This document shows positions 61,095 through 64,000 of a DNA stretch of 64,000 bases, piece by piece. Source of the DNA: Myxococcota bacterium (lineage in GTDB: Bacteria; Myxococcota_A; UBA9042; PHBI01; JAWLBL01). The DNA lies in NCBI GenBank assembly GCA_041687695.1, contig JAWLBL010000006.1:32001-96000 (forward strand), read 5' to 3'. Position 1 is the first letter of the stretch; every line of letters begins with the position of its first letter. The translations under genes were made by a program, and so were the position numbers. The notes below the pieces were generated by a model. That model did no database searches, had not been told where the DNA came from, and was given only the letters and a program-made list of their open reading frames with translations.

Positions 61095-62261
61095 ATGAGC
61101 AAGGGCTTGGAGTTGCTGGGGAAGTTGTCCGACGAGCGGCTGCTGGGGCGGGTAGGTGAGCTGGTCGATCTGGAGCGGCGGACGACGGCCAACCTGGTCG
61201 TCCATCTGGCCGAGGTCGAGGCCAGGGAGCTGCACCTTCGGGACGGCAGCCCGTCGCTGTTCGAGTGGTGCCGGACGCGGTGGGGCTTTGGTGAGGACAA
61301 GGCCTACAACTACGTGAAGGCCGTCGGGTGGGTGCGGCGGTGGCCCGAGATGGGCGCCATGTTGGCCGACGGGCGGCTGAGCCTGAGCGGGGTGCGGGTC
61401 ATCGGACCTCACCTGAGCGACGAGGACGCCGGCGAGCGGCTGGCCGAGGCGGCCGGGAAGAGCAAGCGCGAGCTGGCCGAGCTCGTAGCCAAGTGGTCGC
61501 CGCGGCCGGACGTGCCGGCGCGGGTGTTCCGGTTGCCGCCGTCCCGGGGCGGAGCGCGGGCCGAGGCGCCGAAGCAGGCGAAGGGCGACGCGCAGGGGAC
61601 GACGGAGCTGACCTTGGAGCGTCCGAAGCCGCAGCATCGGGTCGAGCCGCTGTCAGAGACTCGGTATCGGGTCCAGGTGACCGTGGGCGCGCGGGTGGCG
61701 GCGAAGCTCGAGGAGGCGATGGCGCTGGCCGGTCACCAGGTCGCGTCGGGGGACTACGAGACCTTGTTGGAGATGGCGCTGGACGTCTTCCTGGCCGCCA
61801 AGAAGAAGCAGCGGTTCGGTCTCGGTGCCAAGCGGCGAGTGAAGAAGGCCGTCGCCAAGGCGCCCGAGTCGGCCGAGAGCGTGGCCATGGCCGGCGAGTC
61901 GGTCGAGGCCGCGGCGAGCGAGGCGGCAGTGGAGGTGACCGACCGCAGCCGTGCCATCCCGGCCGAGGTGAAGCGGGCCGTGGTCGAGCGGGACGGGCTG
62001 CGGTGCACCTACGAGGGCCCGGGAGGGCGGTGCACCGAGACGCGCCGGCTGGAGCTGCACCACGAGGAGGCGTTTGCCAGGGGCGGCGAGCACTCGGTCG
62101 ACAACCTTCGGGTCGTCTGTCAGGCCCACAACCTGCTCATCGCCCGGCAGGAGCTGGGGGCCGGGTTCATGGCCCGCAAGGTCGGAGCGCGCCGTTCGAG
62201 GGCGCTTCCGCCCCGGGGCGGAAGGGTCGACGGTCAGTCCGGGCGAGCAGCTCGTGGGTGA
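61095..62261 (+). CDS. HNH endonuclease with DUF222-like N-terminal region, 388 aa (paralogue of 43339-44619)
   Basis: Near-identical N-terminal ~150 aa and intact HNH/Zn motif. Confidence 0.9.
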   Translation: MSKGLELLGKLSDERLLGRVGELVDLERRTTANLVVHLAEVEARELHLRDGSPSLFEWCRTRWGFGEDKAYNYVKAVGWVRRWPEMGAMLADGRLSLSGVRVIGPHLSDEDAGERLAEAAGKSKRELAELVAKWSPRPDVPARVFRLPPSRGGARAEAPKQAKGDAQGTTELTLERPKPQHRVEPLSETRYRVQVTVGARVAAKLEEAMALAGHQVASGDYETLLEMALDVFLAAKKKQRFGLGAKRRVKKAVAKAPESAESVAMAGESVEAAASEAAVEVTDRSRAIPAEVKRAVVERDGLRCTYEGPGGRCTETRRLELHHEEAFARGGEHSVDNLRVVCQAHNLLIARQELGAGFMARKVGARRSRALPPRGGRVDGQSGRAARG

Positions 62262-62518
62262 CCTCCGCCCCGGGACGACGACCCGCGCGCTTCCGCCCCG
62301 GGACGACGACCTGGGCTTCCGCCCCGGGACGACGACCTGGGCTTCCGCCCCGGGACCAACGACCCGCGCGCTTCCGCCCCGGGACGACGAGCAGCGCTTC
62401 CGCCCCGGGACGACGAACAGCGCTTCCGCCCCGGGACGACGACCTGGGCTTCCGTCCCGGGACGACGACCAGCGCGCTTCCGCCCCGGGACGACGACCGG
62501 CGCGCTTCCGCCCCGGGA
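62262..62518 (+). repeat. Array D: 10 units, 26-29 bp period
   Basis: Cores at about 62268, 62296, 62322, 62348, 62377, 62403, 62429, 62455, 62483, 62511. The first unit abuts the HNH stop codon. Confidence 0.93.
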
Positions 62519-62634
62519 TTACTGATTGCACGAGCGTTTAATTGCCGTCCACTGCCCGACTGCGCGACCAAGCACGCCCCGTCGCTGGAACTCCCGACCA
62601 GCCACCTCGCCCAGCACTCGCCGCCCAGTGCCCG

Positions 62635-62666
62635 CGCCTGTCCGCCTGTCCGCCTGTCCGCCTGTC
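62635..62666 (+). repeat. (CGCCTGTC)x4 at the truncation point of the right arm of element 2
   Basis: Four exact 8-bp units. Confidence 0.9.
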
Positions 62667-62823
62667 CTCGTGCCTCACCCCCGCCGAGTCATCGGGCCGC
62701 ACGCACGAACACCTATCGACCGCGCTCCGCGGCGCCCGGCGGGTTGATGGTCGGCCAGCGGTGCCGCACGGTTAGGCGGGTCAGCAGAGAGAAGAGAGCC
62801 TGGACGACAGCGGAGGAACGGCG

Positions 62824-63102
62824 ATGAGCCAGCAGCTACGAAACGCGCTCGCGCGGGCCGAGCGGACCTGGAACCGGCTGGCCGCGGCCGGAGGGCGACA
62901 CGGCAGCGAGCAGACCGCCCTCGTGCACGCGCGGCGGGCCAAGGAGCGTTTGGACGCCAAGGACTACGACGCCGCGCTCGAGCACGCGCGGACGGCGGCG
63001 GGCTTCGACGTGGTCTGGGAGGAGCTCGCGAACCACATCCACGAAGCGCAGCGCTTCGCCCACATGCAGGACCGCGGCAAGGGCAGCTGGGCGCCCGGCT
63101 GA
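62824..63102 (+). CDS. Small hypothetical protein
   Basis: GGAGG RBS, helical 92-aa ORF. Confidence 0.6.
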   Translation: MSQQLRNALARAERTWNRLAAAGGRHGSEQTALVHARRAKERLDAKDYDAALEHARTAAGFDVVWEELANHIHEAQRFAHMQDRGKGSWAPG

Positions 63103-63171
63103 GGGGCGCCGGAGACGAGAGGGGCTCGGACGCGAGGTGCGTCCGGGCGCCTTCAGGGGCGCGCCGGGGAC

Positions 63172-64000
63172 TCAGCCTGGCGGCTCGGGGCGGGCGCGCT
63201 TGAAGACGCGGAAGAGGAACCACAGCGAAGGCGCCAGCAGGGCCACGCCGAAGGCCAGGGCGGGCAGGAGCGCCTCGATGACCTCGGGCCGGCCGCCCGC
63301 GTCACCCAGGCGCACATCGGGGACGATCAGCCAGTCGCCCATGGCGAGGCCCCAGCCGACCACGACCAGGCCGACCTGGGTGGCGGCGGCGAGGCGGGCG
63401 AGGCCGAAGCGCCGGGTCCACAGCGTGGCGATGGCGGTCAGGGCGGCGAGCGCGGTGGCGCCCTGCACGGGCCAGGTCCAGGGTGAGGCGGAGAGCCGCT
63501 CGAACAGCAGCGGCGCGTCCACCGAGGCGCGCCAGAAGACGAAGGCGGCGAGCGCGGCGGCGACGCCCTCGGCCACCAGGGCGCGGCGGCGGAAGTCGTC
63601 GGCGAGCGCCGGGTCGGTGACCTCTCGGGCCAGGTAGACGGCCGCGAGCAGGGCGAACAGGGCCAGCGTGAAGAGGCCGACGCCCCAGGCGAAGGGCGTG
63701 GTCCAGCCGGCCAGGAAGCCGGTGGTCACGGCGCCGTCGGTGACGCGGATGGCGCCGCTGGAGACGCCCGCCAGGGTCGTGCCCAGGAAGACGGGCGTCA
63801 GGGCCGACGACCAGGCGAAGACGTGGCCCCAGCGCTCGCGGGCGGGCTCGGGCTGCAGGCCGTAGGCGCGGAAGGTGAAGGCCGCGCCGCGCATGACGAT
63901 GCCGACCAGGGCGAGGGCGATGGGGATGTGCAGGGCGGTCCCCAGGACGGCGAAGGCCCGCGGGAACACCGTGAACATCACGACGATGACGAAGATGAGC
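63172..64000 (-). CDS. cydB: Cytochrome bd ubiquinol oxidase subunit II (5' part outside the window)
   Basis: FTVFPRAF..L...L...IVMRGAAFTFR, LAAVYL, multiple TM helices. Confidence 0.85.
   Translation of the reverse strand, partial: LIFVIVVMFTVFPRAFAVLGTALHIPIALALVGIVMRGAAFTFRAYGLQPEPARERWGHVFAWSSALTPVFLGTTLAGVSSGAIRVTDGAVTTGFLAGWTTPFAWGVGLFTLALFALLAAVYLAREVTDPALADDFRRRALVAEGVAAALAAFVFWRASVDAPLLFERLSASPWTWPVQGATALAALTAIATLWTRRFGLARLAAATQVGLVVVGWGLAMGDWLIVPDVRLGDAGGRPEVIEALLPALAFGVALLAPSLWFLFRVFKRARPEPPG

Larger units (their letters stand above)
60281..62637. mobile_element. Element copy 2: arm + array + HNH gene + inverted array + truncated arm
   Basis: Same architecture and sequence as 42783-45990. 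Mobility is inferred. Confidence 0.6.

Overview
Very GC-rich bacterial DNA. The gene content (Ser/Thr kinase coupled to an FHA-like AAA+ regulator, many Cys-rich lipoproteins, CotH, PilZ-fused sensor) suggests a myxobacterium or related deltaproteobacterium; this is inference only. About 45 genes were called, mostly housekeeping or signalling (cysM, OsmC family, ddl, ClpA/C-type ATPase, thiD, cydB, DAACS transporter, phospholipase D). Two accessory structures stand out. (1) A symmetrical element occurs twice (about 42.7-46.1 kb and 60.1-62.7 kb). In each copy a lone HNH-endonuclease gene is enclosed by two mutually inverted arrays of a ~21-bp motif CTTCCGCCCCGGGACGACGAC (10, 33, 10 and 10 units). 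Outside the arrays lie ~280-bp inverted arms with long hairpins that show a compensatory base-pair change, then G-rich tracts. No transposase, recombinase or cas gene is present. The gene cassette appears flipped relative to the arms between the two copies. (2) A lower-GC probable defence island (26.5-35.1 kb) holds a small ORF ending in two copies of a beta-strand motif. It overlaps an NLR-like STAND ATPase that starts with one copy of the same motif, the layout known from HET-S/NWD2 and bacterial amyloid-signalling pairs. A fused type IIG restriction-modification gene lies next to it. Also present: a pgsBCW poly-gamma-glutamate operon, a HOD/AqdC-like quinolone dioxygenase, a CarH-type B12 module coupled to a kinase, and a kinase lacking its H-box. 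All calls come from reading the sequence; no searches were run.
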